A stretch of 30,977 nt of DNA from a virus. Taxonomy: Duplodnaviria; Caudoviricetes. The stretch spans positions 1-30,977 of IMG/VR virus record IMGVR_UViG_3300044974_000464; one strand, 5' to 3'. Each line of letters starts with the position of its first letter. Within the stretch, counting starts at the first letter, position 1. A program made the translations under genes and the position numbers. This document shows positions 8,428 to 18,549 of this stretch, piece after piece. Under the pieces are notes generated by a model. That model had not been told where the DNA came from. It saw nothing but the letters and a program-made list of their open reading frames with translations, and made no database searches.

Positions 8428-8636
8428 AGATACAGGCGCGTATTGAAGAAAACAACTACCTTATCTTCACCATTGCAGACCGCAAACCCTCTGAAATCAA
8501 AGAGGTAATGAAATGGAGTGTCGAAGCGTTTTACCAATTCTTATACGCTAATTCACAAGCGGTGCGACGGTTGGAAGCCAAACAGAAGTCGGATAAAAAC
8601 AGGTCTGAGGCCATGAACGCAAAAAAAAGAAAATAA
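8307..8636 (+). CDS. -1 frameshift extension of the tail assembly chaperone (gpGT-like C-terminus)
   Basis: The -1 frame is open from 8301 (after TAA 8298-8300) to TAA 8634-8636 and reads ...LEIQARIEENNYLIFTIADRKPSEIKEVMKWSVEAFYQFLYANSQAVRRLEAKQK...; it has no ATG near its 5' end. Confidence 0.7.
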   Translation, partial: FFYHKGLRLHQQLSGYIQQRYISRIPSRKRAPKPVADIGLEIQARIEENNYLIFTIADRKPSEIKEVMKWSVEAFYQFLYANSQAVRRLEAKQKSDKNRSEAMNAKKRK

Positions 8637-8717
8637 TTCCATAGAAAGGGTTTAATTTTGTAACCGTTGGCGTGCTTCGGCCTATTTAACTGAGTAAATC
8701 TAAACAAAGGTTTATTT

Positions 8718-11336
8718 ATGGCCGAAATATTTGACGCAATCGCCCGAATTAGTTGGGATTCAAACCTAAAGGAGTTGAAGCAAGTTACTGATGAAATGAA
8801 GCATCAGGATAAAGTATTAGACGAACTCAGGACCGGCGGCGCAAAGTTAGAGGACCAACTACGCAAAACAAATGACCCCGCAAAGGTTCAACGGCTTACA
8901 GGCGAACTAAAGAAGATGCAGACCGCTGCGGATAACATTACGACTTCGCAAAAAAAGCAATTAGACCTTACAGAAAAACTACGGCGCTCACAAAAGGACT
9001 TATACGAACAGCTCAGAAAGACAAACGATCCCGCAAATGTTCAGGCATTACTCAGGGAGTTAGGCAAGGTCGATAATCAGTTGGCTGCGATGTCAACTAA
9101 GGCTCAGTCATTTGGCAGCAAGGTATCATCATTCGGGAGTAGTTTAGCGATGGGTTTGGGTATTGGTGGTGGCATGGCCTTGTTTCAAACTGCTATGAAT
9201 GCTGTATCAGGATTTGTCGGCGATGCGACTGATGAATTTCGCGAGGCTACACAGGTGGCCAATGACCTTAGCCGTTCACTAAACAACATCGGTAAAGGTG
9301 ATATGCTCATTGGGCTACAACGCGAAGCCGACCAATTAGCAGCTAAATTCAACGGGTTATTTGATAACGATGACATCATGAAGGCGCAAACAGCCTTAGT
9401 GAATTACGGCAAAGTAAGCCGTGAGGAATTGTCTAAGTTGTTGCCGGTTATTATTGAATTAGCTTCAGCCGAACGAATTGATTTAGCAAGTGCGACCGAA
9501 AAAGTCGTGAACATCATGGAGGGCCGAGGCGGTCAAACCCTCAGAGATTACGGGCTAAGTGTTAAGGGCGTTAAGTCTGAACATGACCGCTTAAATCTTG
9601 TTTTAGGTGATTTCTATACGAAGTTGCAGGGGTCAACAGCTATCTATGCGCAAACCACTGAGGGGATTGAACAGAAAAACAAGATGTTAATCAATAACAT
9701 CAAAGAAGATTTCGGCGCCGCTTTGGATTCGGTCAAGATGCGTTTTTTGCCGTTTTTGACTGAGATTCTGAACGGGATTAATTACACATTTGAAAGCGTA
9801 GACGAACAATTCAACAGGCATGTAAACAGAGATGCCGGCGCTTTAGCGGGTAAGTATGCCAACGACCCCGCCGGGATTAAGAAGATGGAGGAGCAGGCTA
9901 TGACATACGCCCGTTTAGCCATTCAATACAAAGGCTTTGCCGATAATGCACAGGCCCGACTTGATGATGCCTTAGCAGGTAGGCGTAATCCATTGGATGA
10001 AATTCAAGCCCGCAAAGACCTTGACAAATATTTAGAGCAGTTTAACAAATATGTCCAAAAGGCGACCACATTAAGAAGGGCGTTTAATCAGCTCACACAG
10101 GGCAAAGGTGATAACGCACCTTTGAATCCGAATGCAAAACTTTTTGATGAAACTGATGACCTTGAAAAAGCGGCTAAAAAGAAAGAAGCGGAGGAAAGAA
10201 GGAAACAAGCCGCAGCCGAAAAAGCCGCAAGAGAAAAAGAAAAGAAAGATAAAGAGGATGCCGAAAAACGGCAAAAGGAATTAGTAAAACTAGCACAAAA
10301 AGAAAGAGCAGATTCGGATAAGTTAACGAAAGAAGAGATTGCCAACTTAGATAAACCGGGGCAAGACCCTTTTTCACAATGGGAGAAAAAGAGAAGGGAA
10401 CAATTAAGAAAAGACGAAGATGCTGAATTGTCTGTACAATTAGTGAATCAGACATTAGCCGCAAGAGATACTCAAAAAGAAATAACACGCATAACAAAAG
10501 AGGAATCCGAAAAACGCAAACAAATAGCACGTCAGGAGTTATGGGACAATACAATGGCGTTGGCAGATGCAACGCAATCACTTCTTGCAAGCGAACAAAA
10601 CAAAACCGATAGGCTCATTCAATTGCAGGAGCAAAGAGTTGAAGCCATTAGAGATAGTCAGGAGAAAGGGTCTAAGGAATCACTAAAGATTGAAGAGGAC
10701 CGATTAAATGAACTTTTAGCAAAACGCGAAAGATACGAGCGCCAACAGCGTGTTATTGATGCCGGTGTGATTGTTGCAAATCAAGCCGTTGCAATATCGG
10801 GAGCGATTCGGCAGATAGCGAATTCAAAAAGCTTTGTTGAAACCGCAGCAAATGTCGTGGCCATTGCCGCAGGTATTACAGCCAGTATTGCAGCCATTCG
10901 GAATGCATCACAAGAATATCAATTCTACGATGGCGGATACACCGGTGACGGTCCGGCTGAGCAGGAAAGCACAGCCGTAGGACGTAGGCCGTATAAGTAC
11001 CACAAACGCGAATTCGTTATGGACCATGACTTAACGGCCAAACATAAACAAATGTTTGAAGGCATACATCAACGCAAACTAAAGGTCATGCGTGCAAACA
11101 ACGGTTATTTCGTAACGGATACCCTTGACATCGACAAAGCAGTAAGCGACCATCAACAAGCGCGGTCTATGTCATTAGATATAAGCGGGGTCGAAAGCAA
11201 GTTAGATAAAACAAATGAACTCCTAAAAGAGCGTGAAATAAATATTTACAACGGGTTTGATTCGGGGCAGTTTGCTACATCAATTGCAGGGCATCTGAAC
11301 CGTCAGGGGTTACTCATTAAAATGGCACGATTATGA
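8718..11336 (+). CDS. Tail tape measure protein
   Basis: 872 aa, helical/coiled-coil, Ala/Gly hydrophobic segments, duplicated LRKTNDPA, C-terminal FYDGGYTGDG...HKREFV motif; follows the TAC frameshift. Confidence 0.85.
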   Translation: MAEIFDAIARISWDSNLKELKQVTDEMKHQDKVLDELRTGGAKLEDQLRKTNDPAKVQRLTGELKKMQTAADNITTSQKKQLDLTEKLRRSQKDLYEQLRKTNDPANVQALLRELGKVDNQLAAMSTKAQSFGSKVSSFGSSLAMGLGIGGGMALFQTAMNAVSGFVGDATDEFREATQVANDLSRSLNNIGKGDMLIGLQREADQLAAKFNGLFDNDDIMKAQTALVNYGKVSREELSKLLPVIIELASAERIDLASATEKVVNIMEGRGGQTLRDYGLSVKGVKSEHDRLNLVLGDFYTKLQGSTAIYAQTTEGIEQKNKMLINNIKEDFGAALDSVKMRFLPFLTEILNGINYTFESVDEQFNRHVNRDAGALAGKYANDPAGIKKMEEQAMTYARLAIQYKGFADNAQARLDDALAGRRNPLDEIQARKDLDKYLEQFNKYVQKATTLRRAFNQLTQGKGDNAPLNPNAKLFDETDDLEKAAKKKEAEERRKQAAAEKAAREKEKKDKEDAEKRQKELVKLAQKERADSDKLTKEEIANLDKPGQDPFSQWEKKRREQLRKDEDAELSVQLVNQTLAARDTQKEITRITKEESEKRKQIARQELWDNTMALADATQSLLASEQNKTDRLIQLQEQRVEAIRDSQEKGSKESLKIEEDRLNELLAKRERYERQQRVIDAGVIVANQAVAISGAIRQIANSKSFVETAANVVAIAAGITASIAAIRNASQEYQFYDGGYTGDGPAEQESTAVGRRPYKYHKREFVMDHDLTAKHKQMFEGIHQRKLKVMRANNGYFVTDTLDIDKAVSDHQQARSMSLDISGVESKLDKTNELLKEREINIYNGFDSGQFATSIAGHLNRQGLLIKMARL

Positions 11337-13093
11337 GTTACAGGGTAGAACTAACACTCAATTGTAATAACATGACGTGGGTAGATTACAGCGACTATGC
11401 CGACGTTTCAAAGATGGTGCGATACCGACAATTGGATGCGGATAAATCACCGCTTAGGCGGACGGTATCAAGCGTTTTGTTTAGCGGTTCTGCTTATGTA
11501 TTTATCAAAACAAATCTCATTGATTCCGTAAATCGGGCATCAAATAATATTTGTGTAAGAATTACGGATTTAAATTTCAGCGGCGCACCTCAATATCTTT
11601 TTAAGTTTGAAAATCGTTTACTTCGGTGGTGCGATGATGACAAATGCGAGTTTCAAGCCGACCTAACTGAAGTAAATCTATACAACGATTGTGCAAGTTT
11701 TACCACCATTGCAGATAACCACGCAAACGAATATCAGGAGTTTCCCACAAGCGGCTACCCACACCCACGATTCAGGTATTGTGACGTTATTAAACCCACG
11801 TTTTTATTTGGGGCGTTGGTGACGTTTTTTAATTCGATTAGTTTACTTCTGTTTTCGATTAACCCTATTATAGTCGCTATTAATGCTATTATAGGCGCTT
11901 TGGCTTCTGTTGTTGGGACTAATATACCTCCGGTGCAATCACCAATAACAGCAATGGAATCATTATTTGGTTGTGAGCGCGGTTGGCCTTCGCCGTTTGT
12001 CCGTAATTACATGAGTAATGTATGTTCTAAATGTGGAATCACGATTGATGCAACAAAAAGCCCTATATTCCACGATTCCGGCAGTATCTATTACAATACA
12101 GCGGTACTAAGCGCATACACGACAAAGGGCGTTAAGATGTCAACAGCTAAGGGGTTTATTCCGGCAAATCAACCATCATGGACATTAACGGCATTTTTCA
12201 AAACATTGGTTCCGGTGTTTAATGCGCGGTGGTATATCAGCGAAGCAGGGGCAGCGTATTTCGATCGAAAAGACCGCATAGGTGAGAATATTTGGGGAAC
12301 AACTCCGGCCATAGATTTAAGCGGTGCGGACGCTGATTATATGCTTTCATCTGTGTGTTATTCGTGGAACGGGAAAGGTAAACCATATCGAATCTATAAC
12401 AAATACGGACTTGATGCAACCGACGCAATCGGGAACGAATTAATGAAACGATTTAACGGTGAATATTTGGATTCTTCAAGCCCGAATTATACCGATACCA
12501 TTGAATTCACTTCAACGGATTACGGCGCGGCATCGTTTGTTTTGGATGGTAAGGATTCGCCGTGGGATATTAACCTTGTTAAGTCCGTAGCAAATCAATT
12601 ATTGGTTTGGCAGGGTAACGGTGATGATTGGAAGCATTGTCTTAAATCAATGACCGATACGTTACAACTTGCAAAACTTATCATCTATGATTCTGCATCA
12701 GATTTAGAAGATGCAAGGGCAATCAAAGCGCCTTATGTTGATTACCTTACTATACCCGCTTTGGATGACGATGACCCAAGCGATATAAGCGGAACCATTA
12801 TAAACCCTGCTGATTGTTACTACTACAATCATCCGATGTCGCACGACCCCGACGCAGCAGCGGTTAATGATAATCTATGGAGTGAATTTCATTCAATCGA
12901 TGCGCCAGACCCCGCAAAAAAAGATGTGATTCAATTCGAAGTAATATTGGATTATTGCCAAGAAACATACAACACATTAGACATATTTCAAACCGTAGTC
13001 ATGCCAAACGGAACGGATGAAGGCGAAATCGAAAGCGTGGAATTCGACCATGGCAGACGGCAAATCAAGTTAACGGGTAACCTTAAAAACTAA
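11333..13093 (+). CDS. Putative tail (tip/hub) protein with an internal hydrophobic segment
   Basis: Directly follows the tape measure gene; beta-rich and Cys-rich; hydrophobic stretch FLFGALVTFF...IIGALASVVG. Confidence 0.55.
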   Translation: MSYRVELTLNCNNMTWVDYSDYADVSKMVRYRQLDADKSPLRRTVSSVLFSGSAYVFIKTNLIDSVNRASNNICVRITDLNFSGAPQYLFKFENRLLRWCDDDKCEFQADLTEVNLYNDCASFTTIADNHANEYQEFPTSGYPHPRFRYCDVIKPTFLFGALVTFFNSISLLLFSINPIIVAINAIIGALASVVGTNIPPVQSPITAMESLFGCERGWPSPFVRNYMSNVCSKCGITIDATKSPIFHDSGSIYYNTAVLSAYTTKGVKMSTAKGFIPANQPSWTLTAFFKTLVPVFNARWYISEAGAAYFDRKDRIGENIWGTTPAIDLSGADADYMLSSVCYSWNGKGKPYRIYNKYGLDATDAIGNELMKRFNGEYLDSSSPNYTDTIEFTSTDYGAASFVLDGKDSPWDINLVKSVANQLLVWQGNGDDWKHCLKSMTDTLQLAKLIIYDSASDLEDARAIKAPYVDYLTIPALDDDDPSDISGTIINPADCYYYNHPMSHDPDAAAVNDNLWSEFHSIDAPDPAKKDVIQFEVILDYCQETYNTLDIFQTVVMPNGTDEGEIESVEFDHGRRQIKLTGNLKN

Positions 13094-13099
13094 AACGAA

Positions 13100-14182
13100 A
13101 TGAACCAACTTTGGGAATTATCAGATACAGATTTAGCTAATTGTGGCTTAGCGGATAACGACAAACCTTTCTTTATCCCGATACGACGAACCGACTTTTT
13201 AGCGCTTCGGGTTATTGTGCCATATCAATACGTTTCACAGAACGGAGGCGGGTTGCCAAGTGGGGCTAATTGTACCCTGAGTATCGTTGATGAAACAGAT
13301 TCGACTACTTATGTCAGCTATGGTGCGACTTCGACAAACCGTTGGTTATTGGGAACTTATAATGCTTCAGGTCATGCCGAATATCAAATTCTTGCACCCA
13401 TGCGATTACCAAATGCAGCGGGGCAAAACTTTTCGGTGTATTACTTCGATGTGGCGGCCGGTGATATTATCGAACTAAACGATAACGGAACGGTGTATTA
13501 TTTCATCTATGGTACTCAGGCGCTCCCGACTCCATTTGTCGAACTGAAAGCAGGGCGTTTATGTATCGGGTTAAATGCGGCTACATTAGGAGGCGTTACG
13601 CTCGAGAAGAATGGTGCAAGTGCTACGCTCACAAGTATAGCCTCATCCCTTGCAACCGGAACGCATGAAGGGTTCGGATGTTTCCGGGTAAAGTTTACGG
13701 CTAATTTTTCGACATTGGGCGTGACCAAAACATGGTATTCAAAACCTTATAAGGTTCCGTATTGTGAAGATAGTTACCCACTATTAACCGCTACATTTCC
13801 GGCTGCATTGACGGACTGCGAAGGGCATATTCATTCGAGCAGCAACAGCTCTTTTTGGGATGCAGCTAAGTTATTCCTTCGCATACCCGCAGACCTTGAC
13901 CGCGAACCGACACGAATCAAAAAAACGTACAACGAAAGGCAATTTTGCTATAAATCGGAGGTCATCAAACAATACCGGCTATTGTCTGAACCTATCCCTG
14001 AATTCTTTGAGTCTGCTATACTGAATCTATTATCAGCGCGAAATTTCTATGTTGATAATGTCGAATACTTTTTTGAACAAGAAAATTTTGTAGAAAATCC
14101 TGAAAATCCCGGTTATGAATTCAAAAATTTAAATGTACCTTTGCTTTCAAGCAAGTGCGAGAAAACTTTTGTTTGTTCTTAA
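13100..14182 (+). CDS. Putative tail/structural protein
   Basis: Gene context; beta-rich composition. Confidence 0.5.
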   Translation: MNQLWELSDTDLANCGLADNDKPFFIPIRRTDFLALRVIVPYQYVSQNGGGLPSGANCTLSIVDETDSTTYVSYGATSTNRWLLGTYNASGHAEYQILAPMRLPNAAGQNFSVYYFDVAAGDIIELNDNGTVYYFIYGTQALPTPFVELKAGRLCIGLNAATLGGVTLEKNGASATLTSIASSLATGTHEGFGCFRVKFTANFSTLGVTKTWYSKPYKVPYCEDSYPLLTATFPAALTDCEGHIHSSSNSSFWDAAKLFLRIPADLDREPTRIKKTYNERQFCYKSEVIKQYRLLSEPIPEFFESAILNLLSARNFYVDNVEYFFEQENFVENPENPGYEFKNLNVPLLSSKCEKTFVCS

Positions 14183-14226
14183 CCCGGTTGCAAGCCATTT
14201 AATAACAAAACAAAAAACATAAGCAA

Positions 14227-14889
14227 ATGCTATCAACTTGTAATAGTGCGTGTGTAGATACATTCACACTCACAACCACAGACCAATGCGATATTTATCA
14301 GCGTTCGGAGATTCCTGTGCGTTTAATTACGGCTACATGTAACACCACGTTCCCGACGGGCATTTATGATGATTTGGCTTTAGCGACGGCGTTTGAAGCG
14401 CTTGTATCTATTGGCAATATCAGCGCCACGTTTGAACTTGCAGAGTTCTCATGGAGTGACCCAACAACGACTACAAAGCAATATCGTAGCCGTCGCAGTC
14501 CCGCTAAGACAATCACAACAGGCCGAACATTAACCGCCCGTGACTACACCGCTACGGATGTAAACCCTGCGGGTTCCGCATCACCATTCCATGACCGAAC
14601 CGTATTTGTTGACGAACTGCAAAACGCAGCAACTAAATACAGAGGTTGGATAACTGCTGATGGTCGTATATACTTATTTCTGAACGTAAATCAGGAGTTT
14701 ATGTCTTATGACGTGAATCATTGGTACGGTCAAGATATTGAAGTAGAAGGCCAAGTCGTTGAATTCAAATCTATGAACATCAATTTCACAGGCGATCCGA
14801 TTGCTACAATGAAATTGCCATATCTGGATTTGCTTCAAGCAGACCCGACCGATACTTTAGGTTTGGCATGGATGTACCGCGCTAATTAA
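14227..14889 (+). CDS. Putative major tail (tube) protein
   Basis: 220 aa, Thr-rich, beta pattern; strong A-rich leader; Cys-rich N-terminus. Assignment rests on size and composition only. Confidence 0.5.
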   Translation: MLSTCNSACVDTFTLTTTDQCDIYQRSEIPVRLITATCNTTFPTGIYDDLALATAFEALVSIGNISATFELAEFSWSDPTTTTKQYRSRRSPAKTITTGRTLTARDYTATDVNPAGSASPFHDRTVFVDELQNAATKYRGWITADGRIYLFLNVNQEFMSYDVNHWYGQDIEVEGQVVEFKSMNINFTGDPIATMKLPYLDLLQADPTDTLGLAWMYRAN

Positions 14890-14926
14890 TTATTTTAAAC
14901 AATCAAAAACAAAAAACAAAACAAAA

Positions 14927-15400
14927 ATGAAAAAGTTATTTTTCTTCATTATCACCGTGTTATGCTTCACGGCTTGCAACGAAAAAGCAACCGCACAGGC
15001 TAAGTTGTATGGCTCACATACTTACTTCGACACCGTTACAAATGCCGGCACTACTTATTTGACCACTCAAAAAGGGGCAATCAATGCAGGTAAATCAGGC
15101 CGTTATCGTGTGGCATTGAAAACAGCCAACATTTCAGGTACTTCGACTTTCAAAGCCATCCTTCAGGGTTCATTTGACGGTACAAATTGGGTTAACTTCT
15201 ATGGCACAGCCGGAACAACAGGTGTTCAATGCGATACCTTACAGGTTACATCTGCAGCACCTGCTTATTTCATTTGGTCGCTGAATCCGACGCCGACGGT
15301 ATTATCCAATTGGGGTAGGGTGTTATATTTGCGCGTGGCTTGTGTTGGAACAGGTACACAAAGCACACGTGTTGAGGCCGAAGTAATTACACAGGACTAA
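14927..15400 (+). CDS. Signal-peptide-bearing beta-sandwich protein
   Basis: MKKLFFFIITVLCFTAC (lipobox-like) followed by KATA-Q (SPase I-like site); LQGSFDGTNW...YLRV jelly-roll-like pattern. Confidence 0.6.
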   Translation: MKKLFFFIITVLCFTACNEKATAQAKLYGSHTYFDTVTNAGTTYLTTQKGAINAGKSGRYRVALKTANISGTSTFKAILQGSFDGTNWVNFYGTAGTTGVQCDTLQVTSAAPAYFIWSLNPTPTVLSNWGRVLYLRVACVGTGTQSTRVEAEVITQD

Positions 15401-15413
15401 AAAACAGATTTGG

Positions 15414-17051
15414 ATGCAATTCCAAGAATTCCAAAGGCTTTATAAAGCCAACAAAAAACACAAGGATTTTCTACCCGCTGGATTCGTTCAGCGGGTGGAT
15501 ACGTCCTTAGCAGTTCAGGTGCATTCAACAGGAGCGCGCCCTGATTTCGTATTAAACGGGATGCGCATTAAACCTGAAACATACGACACCCGTTATGATG
15601 AGGTGTTTAAGTATAGACTGCTGAACCGACACCCCAATGAAAACGACGAGCATCACAATTGGAGGCGTTCGGTTTATGCGCCAATCGGTAAAGAATTGTT
15701 TGACCGATTCTTAGAGATGTCGAAGGGTTCGATATTGCAGCCCAATAACTTTAGCGTGTCTGTTGATGACCCAAGCGGACAATATGTGACCAATGAATTC
15801 TTGCGAATCATGGCAATGGAGGCGCTTGAATTCTACTTAAACAATCCAACGGGTTACACAGCAGTTATCGAATCGGACAACATCGAAAAAGATGACAGCA
15901 CAGAGATAAAGCCTAAGATGGTGTTTATCAAGTGTGAGGACATCATACAACTTGATGAAGAATCAGTTGTTTTTAAATACAAAAAAGAAATCATTTATCT
16001 GAATGCTACGGAACAAATCTATGTTTTGTCGGGCATTCAGACTACTCATAATTTCGGCATAATTCCGTTTTGGAACACCGATAACGCATTCATGCAACCC
16101 TTTGTTATTTGGGCTGAAAATCTTGTTCGTAACATGAACGATGACGAAGCCATGACAAAGCATTATAGCTACCCGATCAAACAGGTAGTGTTGCCTGCGT
16201 GTCCTACGTGCTTTGGCACAGGGCAAAAAACAATTGAGGATAAAGAGAACCCGTTAAACAACAAGGTTGGCAGGTGTGATTCATGCGACGGACGCGGCAC
16301 TATCTCAATCAATCCGGGCGACAATTACACAATGTCGGAGGAAAAGTTGGCGAAAAACGGCGGGCAAATGTATGATGTGGTTAAATTCCACACTCCGGAC
16401 GTCGGCATACCTCAATATCATCTTGACCGTTGGCAGGTGTTCTATGAACGTGCAGAAAAGGCTTTGTTTCTGAGTAAGAAAATCAATGCTACCGAAAGTG
16501 GTGAGTCCAAACGTGAGGATAGAAAAGACCAATATTATTTCCTTTTATCGTTATCCAACTTTTTGTTTAATCAAATCGAATACGGCTTAAAGTTCATAAC
16601 GGCTTACATCAATTACACCACAACGGGATACACACCTCAAGAGGTTTATTTAATCAGGCCTAAGCAATTCGACCTGATGTCTGATTCGGATTTGGTCAAC
16701 GAATTCGCAGCGGTTCAGGGCAAAACAGATGACGGCATGATATTGTCGGAAATGTGTTTCATGGTCAATTCAAAGGTGTTTAGAGATGATCCCGTAAGCA
16801 TACGAATAAATGATGTGCTGTATTACGTTGACCCTTTATACGGTGTTTCAGGCAATGCATTGAGGTCTAAGCTACTTTCGGGCGTGTTTACCGCTATGGA
16901 TAAAACCATCCACGAAAAAGGCTATGTGATTTTAAAAAACATAGCCTACGAAAAAGGGCAAAAGGCATTCATTGAATCCGATGTAAACGCATTGATTACA
17001 GAGGTAACACAACGCGCTATGGGTATGGTTCCAACCGGAATTTATGAATAA
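15414..17051 (+). CDS. Portal protein with an inserted DnaJ-type Zn-finger
   Basis: 545 aa; precedes the MuF-like, scaffold and capsid genes; ESGESKREDR motif typical of portals; CPTCFGTG...CDSCDGRG insert. Confidence 0.75.
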   Translation: MQFQEFQRLYKANKKHKDFLPAGFVQRVDTSLAVQVHSTGARPDFVLNGMRIKPETYDTRYDEVFKYRLLNRHPNENDEHHNWRRSVYAPIGKELFDRFLEMSKGSILQPNNFSVSVDDPSGQYVTNEFLRIMAMEALEFYLNNPTGYTAVIESDNIEKDDSTEIKPKMVFIKCEDIIQLDEESVVFKYKKEIIYLNATEQIYVLSGIQTTHNFGIIPFWNTDNAFMQPFVIWAENLVRNMNDDEAMTKHYSYPIKQVVLPACPTCFGTGQKTIEDKENPLNNKVGRCDSCDGRGTISINPGDNYTMSEEKLAKNGGQMYDVVKFHTPDVGIPQYHLDRWQVFYERAEKALFLSKKINATESGESKREDRKDQYYFLLSLSNFLFNQIEYGLKFITAYINYTTTGYTPQEVYLIRPKQFDLMSDSDLVNEFAAVQGKTDDGMILSEMCFMVNSKVFRDDPVSIRINDVLYYVDPLYGVSGNALRSKLLSGVFTAMDKTIHEKGYVILKNIAYEKGQKAFIESDVNALITEVTQRAMGMVPTGIYE

Positions 17052-17907
17052 AATAATTAGCAGAAACGAAGCATTAAAACAGGAATTGATTGATTCAATC
17101 CTAAAGAAGATGCCCGAAGTTGAACGTGCTATTTTGGAATCCATTTTCAAAGAGATGGACAAAATAGATACCACAAGCGGTAATTTTTCGAACGGGATAT
17201 TAACGGCTGAGCAATTACTCAGGTTTGAGGACGCTATAAATACCGGACTGAAAACGGGCGGTTATAATAAAACAGCAGAAGTATTTATCAATGATTTGGG
17301 CAAAATCACAATCAACACAAGCGGCATATTGGAGGCCGTCGGATATTCGCATCAGAAGTTACCGCTATCAAAGATTGAAAAGAAATGGAAGGCGCAGACC
17401 GCAGAAACGCTAATGAATTCCGGCATAAACGAAAGTTTTAAACGCCCGATATTGCAGATACTTGACAATGCCATAAGCTACGGCGAAAGCATAGATGGCG
17501 CAAAGAAACAATTAACCGAATTCATCCAATCGGGGGCTGATTCATCAGGCAAACTAAAGTCATACATCACACAAACGGCGCGGGATAGCGTGTCACAACT
17601 TCAAGGCCAACAGATGCAGAGCCTTGCAAATGAAACCGGATACAATACCGTTCTTTACGTCGGTGGGACGCAAACGGATAGCAGGGGTCAATGTTGGCGG
17701 TGGGTGCGTGAACTCAATGGGAAAATACCGCGTGATAAACTGCAGGAAGAAATCAGAAACGCATACAAGTTTGAGAAGGCAAAACGTGAATTCCCGATGG
17801 GGCATAAATGGTCGGGAATGATGCCAAATACAACGGTGGAAAACTTCATGGCAAAACGTGGTGGGTTCAATTGCACACATACTGCCATTCCATCAAAAAA
17901 AACTTAG
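17044..17907 (+). CDS. Minor head protein, MuF/gp7-like
   Basis: Helical N-terminus; DSRGQC and C-terminal RGGFNCTH motifs; directly after the portal. Confidence 0.7.
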   Translation: MNKIISRNEALKQELIDSILKKMPEVERAILESIFKEMDKIDTTSGNFSNGILTAEQLLRFEDAINTGLKTGGYNKTAEVFINDLGKITINTSGILEAVGYSHQKLPLSKIEKKWKAQTAETLMNSGINESFKRPILQILDNAISYGESIDGAKKQLTEFIQSGADSSGKLKSYITQTARDSVSQLQGQQMQSLANETGYNTVLYVGGTQTDSRGQCWRWVRELNGKIPRDKLQEEIRNAYKFEKAKREFPMGHKWSGMMPNTTVENFMAKRGGFNCTHTAIPSKKT

Positions 17908-17926
17908 TAGATATTTAAAAATATTA

Positions 17927-17934
17927 TAACTTTG
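17927..17934 (+). promoter_or_regulatory. Possible -7 promoter box for the head genes
   Basis: TAACTTTG in a short AT-rich intergenic gap; no clear -33 TTTG. Confidence 0.45.
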
Positions 17935-17951
17935 TAAAAACTTTGTATTCA

Positions 17952-18266
17952 ATGTCTAAAGCAACGCGAAAGAAAACACCTGAACCAATTGAAGAACAAT
18001 CAGCAGAAGCCGTTGAAGTGTTTGAAACGACATCAGCAGAGCCGATATTGATTGAAACCATTATCGAACCCGTTGAGGACAATACTCAAGGCGTTACGGC
18101 TCAGGCTCATACCGCGCCGGCTTCGGGTATATTAAAGGCTCAGGGCGTGTATCTCAAATCTAAAACTACAAAACGAATCATTGCGGGGCCAATCGACATT
18201 AAGTTGGCGCGTGAGCAGGTGAAGCAATACCCGAACCGCGTTGAAATTGTTGAAGAAAATAATTAA
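17952..18266 (+). CDS. Hypothetical protein with an acidic disordered N-terminus
   Basis: ATG 17952; E/P-rich N-terminal half. Confidence 0.6.
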   Translation: MSKATRKKTPEPIEEQSAEAVEVFETTSAEPILIETIIEPVEDNTQGVTAQAHTAPASGILKAQGVYLKSKTTKRIIAGPIDIKLAREQVKQYPNRVEIVEENN

Positions 18267-18269
18267 GCT

Positions 18270-18506
18270 ATGGCAAAAAAAGATAAAGAACCAATGGAAC
18301 CAATTGAGCAGGAACAACCCGCTGAACTCATGCCTGAAGTTGATGTAACAATACCTGCAATCATTCAAAGCCCACAAGTAAAGCCCGGTTATGTTATCAT
18401 AGCGTTGAAAACAGGCGGCGAACCTGTTACCATACATCAAACACAATGGCCTATTTATGAGAAATCAGGCAAATGGGATATTGTCGTTGAACATAAAAAA
18501 AAATAG
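18270..18506 (+). CDS. Hypothetical protein with an acidic N-terminus
   Basis: N-terminus similar to that of the preceding ORF (EPIE.Q.AE); ends in a run of nine A. Confidence 0.6.
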   Translation: MAKKDKEPMEPIEQEQPAELMPEVDVTIPAIIQSPQVKPGYVIIALKTGGEPVTIHQTQWPIYEKSGKWDIVVEHKKK

Positions 18507-18549
18507 TCGTACATTCTTTTCAAACCTATAAAAACCAAACCTGCAAAAC

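Noticed and set aside
8425-8508. TAG readthrough or stop-codon reassignment
   Set aside because: Reading through TAG 8425 gives only a short extension; long genes are intact under the standard code and all three stop codons are used.
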